The position numbers and the translations under genes are program-made. A stretch of DNA of 55,699 bases from Oopsacas minuta (taxonomy: Eukaryota > Animalia > Porifera): positions 1-55,699 of the forward strand of contig JAKMXF010000056.1 of assembly GCA_024704765.1 (NCBI GenBank), read 5' to 3'. The notes beneath the pieces were generated by a model, which was not told the DNA's origin, searched no databases, and saw nothing but the letters and a program-made list of their open reading frames with translations. Each line of letters starts with the position of its first letter. Position 1 is the stretch's first letter. This document shows, piece by piece, positions 11,208 through 24,099 of the stretch.

Positions 11208-12542
11208 CTAGGGCGTTCAATAAATCTTGCGGGTGATATCATGGAATATGATAAAAACACTATACACACTAATTCACTGTATTATTTATTCAAAGTAATC
11301 ACCTCCTGCAGATACACAAAGTTTTAACCTTTCCGCCCACTTGTAAAACACATTTCTGTACTCTTCTTCGGGGATGGATTTGAAGTACTGGTACAGGCCC
11401 GTTCCGAGTGCTTGTAATGCGTTAAAATCTTTGCCTTGGAGGTAGAATTTAAGCTTGGGGAAAAGCCAAAAATCACATGGAGCTAGGTCTGGTGAGCATG
11501 GTGGATGGGGAAGTAATTATAACCCTTCTACATCCAAGAAATTTTTGGTAAGCTTAGTTGTATGGGAACTGGCGTTATCAATTAAAATCTTCATTCCTCG
11601 AGTTCCGGTTTTCGGGCGGTACTTTTCTATATTTTTTATCAAATTTGGAAGCACTTGCTCTGTAAAGAAAGTAAGCAGTAACAGCCTTGCCACTCTCACA
11701 AGGTAATTGCAGGACAATTCCATGACTACTGAAGAAGATGGTATACATAATCTTAGGTTTTCTGAAGTAGGGCCTAGGAATTTTCGCCGGTTGTTTGTCG
11801 CCCCTCACCTATGATCGCTTCTTATACTTGCTATATGGTGTTGGATAGTACACCCACGTCTCGTCACCAGTAGTAATCTCTGTTAGGTGTCTAGAATCGC
11901 AGTTCTCATAAGTTTCCAAGAGTTTCTTGGCAATATTCAGTCGTGCCAACCTTTGATTCTCACTGAGCTTATGTGGGACCCATTTCCCACAAATCGATCG
12001 GTAGCCAAGCTCAGTCGTCAGGATTGTACGAATAGCTCCCGATGAAATCTCTATACTTTGTTCTAACTAATTGACAGTAATGCACTTGTCTTCCATGACG
12101 ATACTTTCAATGAGTGCGATATTCTCTGAAGTGGTGGCGGATACCTGTCTTCCAGATCGAGGCAAATCTGTGACAACAGCATCACCAGATCTAAAACTGG
12201 CAGCCCATCGTTCTACAGTAGATCTGGAAGGGCAATCCACGCACAATATCTCCTGTAACCCGCTGAAGATCTGTACGAGCTGGATCTTGAGTATTGTGCG
12301 AAACTCTATGTAAGCTCGCCATTATAGGTTGAAATTATCATCCTTTGAAGCCATAAATTTAACAGTGGCTATAAATTGACTACACGTAACTATCTCAAAA
12401 ATTCATAATTTGTATTGAATAATCTTGAAACTTTTAGTATATGGAGTCTAACTATATGGGCTTATATATATGAAAGTTAGATATATTACTTGACTAACTC
12501 CTAAGATATATCATAACCTGCAAGACTTATTGAACGCCCCGA
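11208..12542 (-). mobile_element. Mariner family D, full-length decayed copy
   Basis: TA|ctagggcgttcaataaatcttgc and gcaagacttattgaacgccccga|TA. ATG at 12354 gives MASKDDNFNL*WRAYIEFR. ILIDNASSH and SPDLAPCDF-type remnants are present. Confidence 0.9.
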
Positions 12543-12544
12543 TA

Positions 12545-14532
12545 TAAGGAATCGGCATTATGTTTGACCACTTTTCTGGCACCTCTTCGATCCAACAAGA
12601 TCTACAATGTTGGGAGAGATGGGTGACAATGCTAGTCGCACCACTGAATCCTAATGTTCATTGTTTAGCCGCGACCTGTGCGACGTTTTAACAGCCTTCA
12701 TGAGTGGGAAGGATTGCTCATTCATATAAGTCGCTCCAAGCATGCTTCCAATGTAGAGTGCATGGCTTTTCAGCTTTGGAAATGCTTGCTCATCCATTAA
12801 TTGAGAAAAAGCGATTAAGTCACCTGTTGAAAATGCGCTCTTCAACGGTTCATGATATTTGAGGTCAATCAGCTCCAATTGAACTCTACTATCTTCACAA
12901 TCCGCAACATTAATTGAGAAGGGATCCTCGGATAGGCGAAATTCATGTTCATATTCTTGGAACACATAGAAACGTTCAGAAAAGTTCTGGCTCAAGGTTT
13001 TAAGATTTAGTTTTAGCTTATTTGTCCTAAAGATTTTTTCTGGATTATCTTTGAGGAGTTTCGCCACAGAAGGGAGATGGCGAAAGTAATTCTTTTCTGG
13101 CTGACTAGTAAACAGAGAGAGCTTCTCCATGAAGCTTCTTACATGGCTCCAAAGTTGCGAAATAAATTTCCCCTCGGCCCTGGAGTCTGATATTTAGATC
13201 ATTCAAATGACCTGTAATGTCAGAGAGGCATGCAAAATCAAACAACCAGTTTTTGTTAGTTATCTGTTCAATCACATGTTCCCCATTTTTGGTTTTTGGG
13301 TTCGCATCTTTTTCTATAATAAAAATTCTAATTTCGGTGAATAGATCATTAAATCGCTGCAAAACACGCCCTCGACTCAACCAACGAACTTCACAATGAT
13401 AGAGAATATCTCCGTACTGCGAATCCAGTTCCTTTCACAGTGCTTTAAATTGTCTATGGTTGAGTCTTTTGCACGAATAAAGTTGATGATTTTGATAACA
13501 ACATCCATTACATTCTGGTATTTGAGAGACTTTCCGCAGAGGGACTCCAGGTGAATTATGCGATGTAAGGAAAGACAGCGATGTTGAGGTAGGACCACCT
13601 CATCCAACAACAATTCCACAGCTCCTATCTCTTTCCCAATCATATTAGGAGCTCCATCTGTTCCAATCGCAAAGAGAAGATTTATTCTGAAGTTGGTTTG
13701 TCAAGTCTATTCCCATTTCTGAAATTCTAGACGCCACGGTATTAGGGGTCAGACTGATGGTTGAGAATAGATTTTGTTGTTTCGGTGCTACTTCGGCGGC
13801 TGCAATTGCCAAGCAGTACTTTATCATTTGACCTTCCGTAAACGGCCGAGTTCTTTTCGCAATAACCTCACATATACGATAACTAGCTCACACACATGCT
13901 TCACTTATTTGTTTTTGGGCGACGAACATTAACTTCTGGGCTATTCTTTCTGTTCTTAATCTTTTCATTGCTTCACCTCTAAACAACCCTGTGAATTCGT
14001 CATATCTCTTGCTGTGTTGCGTTTGGTAATGTCTGCGAAGATTGTACTCCTTGTTCACTGTACAATCGTAGGAACAAATAATACAATAGGAAGACCATTG
14101 GGACCTTTCTCAAAAAATATATTATCGTCCAATCTTCATCAAACCCACGTTTCTCATTGTCAATCTTGCGTTTCGCAACATATTAATAAGTTCTAATGAC
14201 AAAAAATAATAACGTAAACAAACTCGGTTACTTTTTAAAACAAATATAATCTCACACAATCGGTTCATTTTCTGAAATGAAACAAAACTATTTTAATGCA
14301 TAAATGACACAAACATTCTATAATGTCATATGAAATATAAATGTTAGGGTGGATCTGAATAAATGGAGAAACATAAAGGCAATCGCGAATGGAATACATG
14401 GTAGGTTTAAAAGATAATTAAAGTGATCCAAAGCGCACATATATTGCTCCAAATCCATCAAGGCTTAGCGGGCCAAAAAAAGTGAGCTTGCGGGCCGCAT
14501 CCGGCCCACGGGTCAGCAGTATGAGACCGCTG
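12545..14532 (-). mobile_element. hAT (SPIN/OC1, GTF2IRD2-like) transposon remnant
   Basis: Fragments include TISLTPNTVASRISEM, YQNVMDVVIKIINFIRAK, WLSRGRVLQRF, WLFDFACLSDITGHLNDLNIRLQG and MNEQSFPLMK...HRSRL. A Charlie-type end gcgggccgcatccggccc...gagaccgctg is at 14532. The other TIR was not found. Confidence 0.85.
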
Positions 14533-15352
14533 ATTTAGTAGGTTATAAACATGAATGTATGTTTAATTTCATATATTTAATCGCATCTTGGTGCAATCTT
14601 CCAACAAGAAAATCACAAATTCTAGACCTGTTGTGAATAAATACTTAACTCATTCATAAACAGTCCCTTCAAATTATTTAATTTCAGCTATTTTTATTTA
14701 ATCATTAAAAACTTTTACAATTTTGTATATCAGTGTAATTATTGTATATTTTACGATTTACTAGTAGAGTTTTTCTGATAAATTAACACATGGAAGGTAG
14801 TCGTAGGTCAATACTGCCCGCAAAAAATTTGGAATTAGAATGCGGTCCACGCAGAAAAAAGTTGCCAACTCCTGACTTAGTCCGATACTTAAGTTTTCTT
14901 AATAAATGCGATGATGTTGATTTTAGGTGATAGCAAGTTTGAGAATGACGAATCTGATAGGTTAGTTATGTCGGACAGAAGTTATAAGGATTTTGTAGGT
15001 GGTAACAATATTATATACTCAACATGCACCTTCACAGGTAGCCAGAGCAGGTATAAGAGTAGGTGTTATATGGTCATATTTTTTTACCCAGAGATCAATC
15101 GGCTTGCTGTATTTTGTATACATTGTAGACTATGTAGCTCTCATGCTGGTAAGCTAAAAAAAATAGTGCAGTACAATAATCTAGACGACAGGAGATAAAC
15201 GCATGGACCAGTCTTACTAAGGTAAGCTTGTCAAGGTAGGAACGAAGAGCACCTATCCTATATAAAGATAGTGACGTAGCCTTGCACATCTTATTGACAT
15301 GAGATTTCAATGATATATGCGTATCTCAGATGACAGCTAGGTTTAAGACATT

Positions 15353-18280
15353 CACGGGTAACTGAAAAAACATTATGACAAAAAAAATGAGGTCGTTGAG
15401 ATTTTTTCACTTTCTTATACAGAATTTTATGAGGAATCCGAATATACGCTCCAAAAAATTTTCCTACCATTAAAATTTTTTTTACAGATTATACAAAAAT
15501 TTATGAAATCAAAAAAATTCTGGCTACAATAATTTTAACATATCCTCATTTTTAATATATTATCGTGATTCTTCGCTGAAATACTTCTTTCTAGAATTCA
15601 ATTTAATTACTAGTTACCTAATAGAATTGATGTTTTTAACGAATTCCTATCCAAAATGTCATTACCATGGCAACAAAATGAAACGTAGGAATTTACGCAA
15701 TAGTTTTCAATCTAGCTAAGTAGTACTTGTATGATATTACATTTAGGATATATACGTGTAATTATTGATGCTTAACCTTAACTTAACCAATTATTTTTAT
15801 TCCAAATATAGTGTAATGTAGAACATGACCTAGCTTATCATACTATGATTTATTTATGAAATTGACGAAGTTAACATCTGATACTGTGTTTAATAAGCAC
15901 TCTGGAAATTTTTCATTTTCCTCTTGACATTTATATCTTGTCTCCCAAACTCTGCCAAATCTAGAATGGGCGGATTCAAATGCTTGTTCTGAAACTGATC
16001 CTAAACCCATTCCATCTGGAAGATAATTCGTGATAAACGGAATTAGGTGCCTACATAGAACATGAACTTTTGTAGAGCAAGAAAGTCCTGATTGTTTAAA
16101 TGATTGTTCAAAATGATATACTGCCATTTTGAAATCTCCCTTTATGTGTTTCCCGAAGCAAGAATCAACAACATCCCTGAATTTTACAAGCGTGATATAA
16201 GACGAATTACTCTTTGGAAACCCGAGTTCCAATACCTCCTTTGTGATTTTCCTCATTGCATTACCTTCAAATGCTCCTCCATGGTAAGCACTTCTATGAA
16301 TATTCAGTTTTTTTAGTATTGCTTCATGGTGTTCTTTTTCGTCCTCAGACATTGTGATGAGGATGGCATCGTATAACTTCTGTCCTATCCCAAGTAACAG
16401 ATGTAACTCGGGAAGATTAAACATTTGCATGAAATCTACCAGCCATACATTTAGTGCTTGGCGATCCTCAATACCATCGCAGTCAATTGCATGATTCTTA
16501 GAATCTCCCTGATACATATCTTGAAGCTTTTGAAACATCTCTAGATGGTGAGCAGATGATCGTTCTTCCCACTGAACACTGTCTAAACCCCTTCTATTGT
16601 CCCAAGTACACCATATACAAGGGTGACGTCCGTTCATTATTCCCAAGCAATAACTAGCAGCCTTCAAATCTACCGTAAATGAAACGTTGTATTCTTCCAT
16701 CAGCCGTTTTATCTGGTCATCTTGAAGCATAACGGAGAAGTTATAATTACACTCAGGGGCACTCGTAACCCATAGATAAACCAGGTTATCGACAGAATTA
16801 TCATTCTGTAGACACATAAGTAGTTTAGTGAAACCACGACCAAAGTCTAATCCAAGCTTGAAATGAAGATCATGTACCGATATTTCTCCGCTGATATTAA
16901 AGATCTTTTCTATCAGGGCATCGATATTGCAACATCTCACTATCCAGGAGTTCCTATATTCTGAATTGTATTTCTCTTTACTATAGTCCAGCTCAATCTG
17001 GATGCATTCGAATATTTCGTCGCACAACAAATGTCGTTCTCTATAGTAGCTATCCATTGATGGACATGGTACTCCAACATCTCTAATAATTCGAGTTACT
17101 ACCTTTAACTGCTTATTAGACAATGACATTCCTGAACACTTCAAATTCGCGATGTGAGAGAAATCCATTTTTGGTACTTTAGCTGGACGTTCGTCAGTAC
17201 TGGAAGAGGAGATAGAAAGATGAAACGGATTCCCACCTGAAGTTTTAGGCAAATGAATTGAAGATTTGTTGTGGCTACATTCATGTAATCTTTGGTATAC
17301 ATTATCACCAACGAATGTATCAATAGCGTTATGGTGTTCCAACATATTATGTGCGTTGGTAATCAATGTCTTTTTCAAACAGATATGACTAACTCCAGGA
17401 CTAACACAACTCGCACATTTGTTACATATCTTGATCGTCTTTTGAGGTGAATTGATTGTTGGTCTTCCTGGCTTTATATGAATTATCGAAGATGAAGCTT
17501 GATTCTTGCGACCGAACCTTGAACTCTCGGTACACATTGAACATAAGTTCTCAATGCGGCAGGTGTTTAAGCGCGTGTTACGAATTAAGGGCCAATCATA
17601 TCGTGCAGGTGTTTTCCTCATCGTATCCCCTGAGGACAGAGTAAACAAGTAGAGCTTACAAGTATTACACACGATATAAGGGCGATTATCTTCTAAAATA
17701 TTGATTGGTTCCAAATATTGGTTGTATAATTCACCTAACTTAGTGTCCTTTAGGTGATTATTCCTCAAAACTATTTTGCCAACTTTCGAACAACACCAGC
17801 GACAAATTCTAGTTTTTGCATGTTCATGTTTCGTTTCTTCACTCATTTGCTTTAACTGAATTAATCAATAATTACACGTATATATCCTAAATGTAATATC
17901 ATACAAGTACTACTTAGCTAGATTGAAAACTATTGCGTAAATTCCTACGTTTCATTTTGTTGCCATGGTAATGACATTTTGGATAGGAATTCGATAAAAA
18001 CATCAATTCTATTAGGTAACTAGTAATTAAATTGAATTCTAGAAAGAAGTATTTCAGCGAAGAATCACGATAATACATTAAAAATGGGGATATGTTAAAA
18101 TTATTGTAGCCAGAATTTTTTTGATTTCATAAATTTTTGTATAATCTGTAAAAAAAATTTTAATGGTAGGAAAATTTTTTGGAGCGTATATTCGGATTCC
18201 TCATAAAATTCTGTATAAGAAAGTGAAAAAATCTCAACGACCTCATTTTTTTTGTCATAATGTTTTTTCAGTTACCCGTG
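15353..18280 (-). mobile_element. Chapaev DNA transposon, apparently intact and autonomous (2928 bp)
   Basis: Termini CACGGGTAAC...GTTACCCGTG. TIRs are 417 bp (15353-15769 and 17864-18280) with 3 mismatches by eye. The 4-bp TSD is CATT (15349-15352 and 18281-18284). The element holds a single long ORF. Confidence 0.93.
15843..17846 (-). CDS. Chapaev transposase (RAG1/Transib-related DDE), 667 aa, uninterrupted
   Basis: N-terminal Cys/His-rich zinc-binding region (CRWC, CNTC, CSMC, CNKC..H.C). Core motifs are KLGLDFGRGF, TVDLKA, HPCIWC, PELHLLLG, YHGGAFEGN, KVHVLCRH and GLGSVSEQAFESAH. Confidence 0.92.
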   Translation of the reverse strand: MSEETKHEHAKTRICRWCCSKVGKIVLRNNHLKDTKLGELYNQYLEPINILEDNRPYIVCNTCKLYLFTLSSGDTMRKTPARYDWPLIRNTRLNTCRIENLCSMCTESSRFGRKNQASSSIIHIKPGRPTINSPQKTIKICNKCASCVSPGVSHICLKKTLITNAHNMLEHHNAIDTFVGDNVYQRLHECSHNKSSIHLPKTSGGNPFHLSISSSSTDERPAKVPKMDFSHIANLKCSGMSLSNKQLKVVTRIIRDVGVPCPSMDSYYRERHLLCDEIFECIQIELDYSKEKYNSEYRNSWIVRCCNIDALIEKIFNISGEISVHDLHFKLGLDFGRGFTKLLMCLQNDNSVDNLVYLWVTSAPECNYNFSVMLQDDQIKRLMEEYNVSFTVDLKAASYCLGIMNGRHPCIWCTWDNRRGLDSVQWEERSSAHHLEMFQKLQDMYQGDSKNHAIDCDGIEDRQALNVWLVDFMQMFNLPELHLLLGIGQKLYDAILITMSEDEKEHHEAILKKLNIHRSAYHGGAFEGNAMRKITKEVLELGFPKSNSSYITLVKFRDVVDSCFGKHIKGDFKMAVYHFEQSFKQSGLSCSTKVHVLCRHLIPFITNYLPDGMGLGSVSEQAFESAHSRFGRVWETRYKCQEENEKFPECLLNTVSDVNFVNFINKS

Positions 18281-19675
18281 CATTGTCTATAGGGCGAAGG
18301 ACAAATTTTCCACATGTGATAGAAGAAATAGCCTGGGAATTGCAAGATTGAGGTGAGAAAAAGACGACGTTAGACTTCAATGGGTTGTAACAAGTTAGTT
18401 TTCAATAAACCAAACATTAATATCACGCAGGCAACATTCAAGTTGCAGAATAGGTTCATCAATTTAGAAGGCGAAAGTGAAAGTGAAAGATAACTGGACA
18501 TCATAGGATGTAATAGGATAGAAAGAGCATGGGCATGCACTATGTCTTCAATAGGGAAATACATAAGTTGAAGAGAATGGGATCTAGTTAGTTTCCTGAG
18601 GAATGCCAAACTTAACAGGCTGTGGGTTGGAGAGTGTACCTTTGATGCTAATAGCTTTACTTCGGTGAGACAAAAAGGACTTTATCCAGAAGAGAACTTG
18701 GCCCATAAGACCAAAACCCAAGTGTAGACGCTCAAAGAGGATTTCGCATCTCCAAAGGCACTAGATAGATCAAGAAGAGTTAATAGGGCATTTCTTCCTG
18801 CATCAAGGGTGCTACCAATATCATTGAACAGTTTGATAAGCAAAGTTTCTGTTGAGTGATGTTTCTGAATGTCGATTGTATTAATGGGTACAAATTGTTG
18901 TCTGATAGGTACAAGTCTAGTTGTGTAAGAATTGACCTTTGAAGCAATTTAGACAGGAATTGGACTATAATTTGTGAACTCATTATAACCAAAGAAGGAC
19001 TTTTTAGAGATGGAGTGATCAGAGCTTGTTTAAGATTCCCTGGAAAGACAGCTTGCTGTATCGAGCAATTTATGACCTTTTAATATGCACACATAGGTGA
19101 GGAATACATGTTTAAGGATCGCTGTTTGGATCAGATCTAAACTACAGTGTTTTGCTCCAGATACATTGGGTAAGATGTGCACTTCAGGCGGGTTCAAGTA
19201 GGTAAAATCGTGGAAGCTCGTAGGATAGGAAACAGTTAGAATGTAAAGAGAACAAGGTGGATTTGAGCAATTACATAAGTCCTGTAGTTTGTCAATTTTG
19301 TCTCTGAAATAGCGGGAGAATTTACAAGCTAAGGATAGTTGGAGGAGGCATCCGAAAGGACATTCTTTTTGCTTGGGACAAACAATCTTTGTACAAGATG
19401 GAATTATTTCCTATCGTCACAGCTACCGAAATTCTCCCTTTAATACTCAGTCTTGATAGAATCAAGAAGACACTTATAAGAGTAGGATTTCTCCTTAAGG
19501 AGATCAAAGTCATGTGTGTAGATCTGGACTTCATGAGCTTCCCTTCAAGTCTTCATAACTCTCGTGTTATTTCGCGGAGATCGCAAGTGTACCACTGACA
19601 CAATGGACGGCTGGTCAAGGTTTTGCAAGATACATGGGCATGCTCGTCAAGTGCCGAGAGTAAGTTTGTGTTATA

Positions 19676-20587
19676 CAGGCAGGGGACAAAAGTATTCGAC
19701 CACACAAATATATTGTCATAAATTGTATACTCTTTCCCGCTCCTATATATTGTGTAGTCTATATTCGTAGCTGCTATCTAGTAATTTGTAGAGAATAACA
19801 CATGTTTTTCAAGAATTTCAAAAAGATATTTTCGATTTACACTTTTTGAAGGTGTTAATTATTCATAATTATTAGATAATTATTGATAGTCAAAATATGT
19901 GGTATTTCAAAACCAATTAAGAATCTATAATTTCTGGCTTGATATTTGAATTCTACATAGGCGAGTTACCCCAGATTGAAATTTCCAATCGGAATTAACA
20001 GTTTTTACCAAAGTTCTAGAAGACGTTCAATTTGCCCCACCTGTGCCACTTTTTCCACAAAGTGGCACAGGTGGCAGGAAAAGCGCCACTACAAGGAAAT
20101 CAACTAGGGTTAGGAGGAATAAGTCGAAGTAATGTTTTCGAATGATATGACTATGCTAACCCTTGAGTTCCAAAATAACCTCTTGGTAGCGGCCACTTGT
20201 GCCACCTTGGGCAAAAGATGGCAAAAATGACATAAATTGAAATTCATCTATAGCTCTGGTAAAATTGTTCAATCCGATTGGAAATTTCAATCTGGGGTAA
20301 CTCGCCTAAGTAGAATTCAAATATCAAGTCAGAAATTATAGATTCTTAATAGGCTTTGATTTCCCACATATTTTGATTATCAATAATTATCTAATAATTA
20401 TGAATAATTAACACCTTCAAAAAGTGTAAACGAAGATATCTTTTTGAAATTCTTGAAAAACATATGTTATTCTTTACAAATTACTAGATAGCAGCTACGA
20501 ATATAGACTACACAATATATAGGAGCGGGAAAGAGTATACAATTTATGACAATATATTTGTGCTCGAATACTTTTATCCCCTGACTG
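19676..20587. mobile_element. Tc1-like non-autonomous element with ~360-bp TIRs
   Basis: TA|caggcaggggacaaaagtattcga and tcgaatacttttatcccctgactg|TA. The arms are near reverse complements, with a non-coding core of about 200 bp. LINE reading frames resume on both flanks. Confidence 0.88.
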
Positions 20588-21849
20588 TATATATTCACTA
20601 GTTCATCTATGGTAATTTTCCTGAGCCGAAATCAGAAAGTTGGAGGCTATCAGCAAAAGAGACGATGTTCATAGATCTAAAATTTCGTTGAGATACCTGG
20701 AATCTTGACCGTGGGGGCGAGGGAATCGAATAATATAGGCATGATTAGAGGGAGCGTATGATAAGACATTTGAAGCTATCAGCAGATCATTGTCCACCCG
20801 CTTAGTAATAACAAGGTCAAGAGTGTGACCCGAGTGATGGGTTGGACTTGTTATGTGTTGCTGGAGGTCAAACATTCTGATGGTGTCGGTAAACAAGACG
20901 GTATGTATATCTGAAGGGAGATCGAAGTGGATGTCAAAATCTCCAGCTGATATAATCTTAGTCTGAATAGCTATAGTACGCTCAATTAGATCAGAGAAAA
21001 CTAAGATGAACTAAATAAAGGGAGATTTCCTTTTGGTAGGAGGTGGGCGGTGGAAGGAAATAAAACGACAGGAATTTACTGGAGGACAGGTTAAGGTCTA
21101 AATACTCGAAGGAAGAATAATTTGGTCCCGGGTTGACTTTGGAAGTGAAGAAGGTCCGATAAAGGATAGCTAGACCACCACCACGTGGAACGTGGTATGC
21201 TGGTCAGACGAAAGTCAGGGAGCAGATCGCGAAGCACACAGAGTGGTCTTTTCCCTCTTTAAGCCAGGTTTCCGTGATCATCAGGATGTCTAGTGAGTTG
21301 TAGATAGTCATCAGATAGTGGAGCGACTTTGTTGGATAATGTACGGGCATTTCAAAGACCAAAAATTAATTTATCTCTCCGAGCTACTTCACTTGCAATA
21401 TTTCTTAAGTTGTTTGGGTTCCGATTGAGTACATGCTGACATGGAGTGGAAGACACTTGAGTCTGAAGCAAGCGGTGGATGGATGTTAGTACCGAAATGT
21501 GTCTTGGAGCACGTTTCTTGTGTCCAGAACTCAATCATCTTCGTCTTATTCTATTTATTGATCGGCAATAAGGATAAGGAAAAGGGTTAAGAGAGCAAGG
21601 ATATACAAAGTAACGGAGGTTGAGAGAGCAGATTAAATCATTGAGGATAGAGCCATAAGAACTCAAAAATATTACATTGAAAATGAAAGAGCGGCCATGA
21701 ATAGTGCTTGACAAAAGTAAAAGTAAAATAACAATACAATAAGTAAAACGGTTGAAAAGTAAGGGGTAGTGACTGTGCTCTACACCTCTGTAAGTTTTTA
21801 TGAAGAACTTTGAATAAAATATTTTAAGTGCAACTAAATGTATGTGAGA

Positions 21850-22965
21850 TATACAACTTTGGCGAGGAAATCATTATCCTTGAAGCAATAGGCTAGGCGA
21901 TGACTATTGGAGTCATGAAAATCTATAATTTCGGATCTAAACTCGAACACACGCAGAACTGCTTTACCTCGTTATAACCATCTGACTGCAGTAAAATATA
22001 AAGCTTTTATTCATACTCAGCTCATTATCTTGGTATAGTTTGATAAAAAGACGAGAGTTAGTTGCAGTTGATTTTATGGAGTTAATCGTTCCAGTGACAT
22101 GATTGAAGATTATTGACAGTTTCTCTGACATTGCTTTCGATGATAACACTTGTCTGTATAGCCAGCAATGATTTCAAATCATGTTTGGTGCCATATTTAT
22201 AGCCAGGACAATTACTCTTGTCTCTTCACCATCATAGCTGGCGCTCCATCTGTAGTGCAGAAAACTAGTTTCTTCAAATTAATAGATTGAAAGTAGATAT
22301 TGATGACATCGAAATGTCTTGCTCTTGCAGTAGTTTTAGTGATATGCAGAATAGGAATTCTGTTTTCATACTGTCATGATCAATTTATCGGACATATAAG
22401 TTAAGCTGGGAAAGGGATTCAAAATCTGTAGATTCATCGAATTGAATCGCAAATACTGGGCTGTTATTAATGACTGCAACAACTTGATCTTCGATATCCT
22501 CATCAAGGTGCAATATACGCCGTTGGATTGTAGTATTTGACAATGACAACCGAGCCACTTTCTTTGAATGATCTTCTCCGAGCATCCTTTTGACAAGAAT
22601 TTAAACAAACGGTGCAATGAGAATTTCACCAATGGTGTGAGGTTTTCTTTGTCTTGGCAATCATATAGAAAATTTCATAGGATGCTGTCAACGCAGCATC
22701 ATTTTGCTGTTGACATCTTATTGTTGAATTAAAACTTGCTGCTTTAAGAGAGCGTTCTAAGTGGTGAAGGGATCTCATATCTTTGTGTACATATGTTGGA
22801 TGAACACTCTCCAAATTTGCCTTAAGTTTATTCGGCCTCATACTATGAGTTGCCATTACTTTGTGACAAATCACGCATTGTGGTCTTCGTATTCCTCCAA
22901 TTGTGATGCTTGTAAATCCAAGTTGAAGGTAGTCGTGACTATACTTTTATTGTTTGATGCCATGC
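21850..22965 (-). mobile_element. hAT (Buster/Charlie, ZBED5/SCAND3-like) transposase remnant
   Basis: ICHKVMATHSMRPNKLK (BED-like), KKPHTIGE-type motif, LSLSNTTIQRRI, FAIQFDESTD. Several frameshifts and no TIR seen. Confidence 0.8.
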
Positions 22966-24099
22966 CATAGTACATTAGTTAGTTATAATTTCATCCTGTG
23001 AGCACATACATATGTATATTGCCTTCAATGTATATTGTATTTGATTGGGCAAATCCTTGAAGTGGCATGATCTTAATCACAAGATCATAATTGGTTTCTG
23101 CTTAGTTCTATGGTTGTCGTTGGCGGTGAATTAGACATTAAACTTTAATCAACTTTGCAATGTATACGTTGCACTTCACCTGCGTTACAGTTCATACGAG
23201 TTAAAGTTCAATTGCGTTATATAGTATACATATATCCTATACATCATAATCATCTATTGAATATAAGCTATACAATAATTCTATTAATTACAGGAAAGGT
23301 AATCACAAAAACGAAAGTGTAAAACTTATTAAGCTTTGATGTTTAGATTGTTCCAGGATGCAAAGTATGTTTGCTCTGCTCTACTCAAATAACAGAATTA
23401 CTCTATGGAAAAATAGAATACACGTGTAATCTACAAGTAGATTGATTAGACACAATTACTCCACCTTCACATATCCTGAATGAATCTAGAGGAATGAGCA
23501 CGGACATTCAAAGTTTACAGTCAGCAGTGACTTAGACATATTTCTTTACCAATTAGCATACGTGTGAATATTCATCACACTATTACGATATGAATACTCA
23601 ATCATTGACTATTTAATTAATATATATCAACTATAATTTAGGGAATGATAGAAGACGTGATTAGTCGACTTCCTAAAGAGCTTGAATTTTCACCAAGGTA
23701 AAGCAAGCCCCTCACATTCACGCTCACAAATGTGAAAATGAAAGAAATTACAGCTCCCAGAATAGAAGAATACCATGAAGATATTCTTGAATCTTCATTA
23801 GATCAACTGAGTATCCAATTCTCAGTTGACAAAAGGCTGAACAATATGATATACCAATGAGCCTAATTGGAGAATTAGTCCATCATACTACACGGGAACA
23901 GTCATAGCTCCTTACCTTAGCACCTTAATTTAGCTCTCGTCACTCTCTTTCAGGTTTATTTGATGTTTCTGAATATATTATTAGTTAGTCTAGCGCGTAT
24001 TCAAGGAGATATGTCTAATTAGAGATAATGACTATAAGAAGGTATTGTTCTGATAACTCTATACAGAAGTAGTAGTGTTTTTAATGATAGGGCATGTAT

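Larger units (their letters stand above)
14890..21540 (-). mobile_element. L2/CR1-clade LINE ORF2 remnant, split by the Chapaev element and a Tc1 MITE
   Basis: Endonuclease remnant QHITSPTHHSGHTLDLVIT (20.8 kb), RT remnants RKHHSTETLLIK...LLDLSSAF (18.8 kb) and KFGIPQ (18.6 kb), and LVHAFISCRLDYC (15.2 kb). The frame IDNV|LNLAVI is continuous across the Chapaev insertion. Confidence 0.85.
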
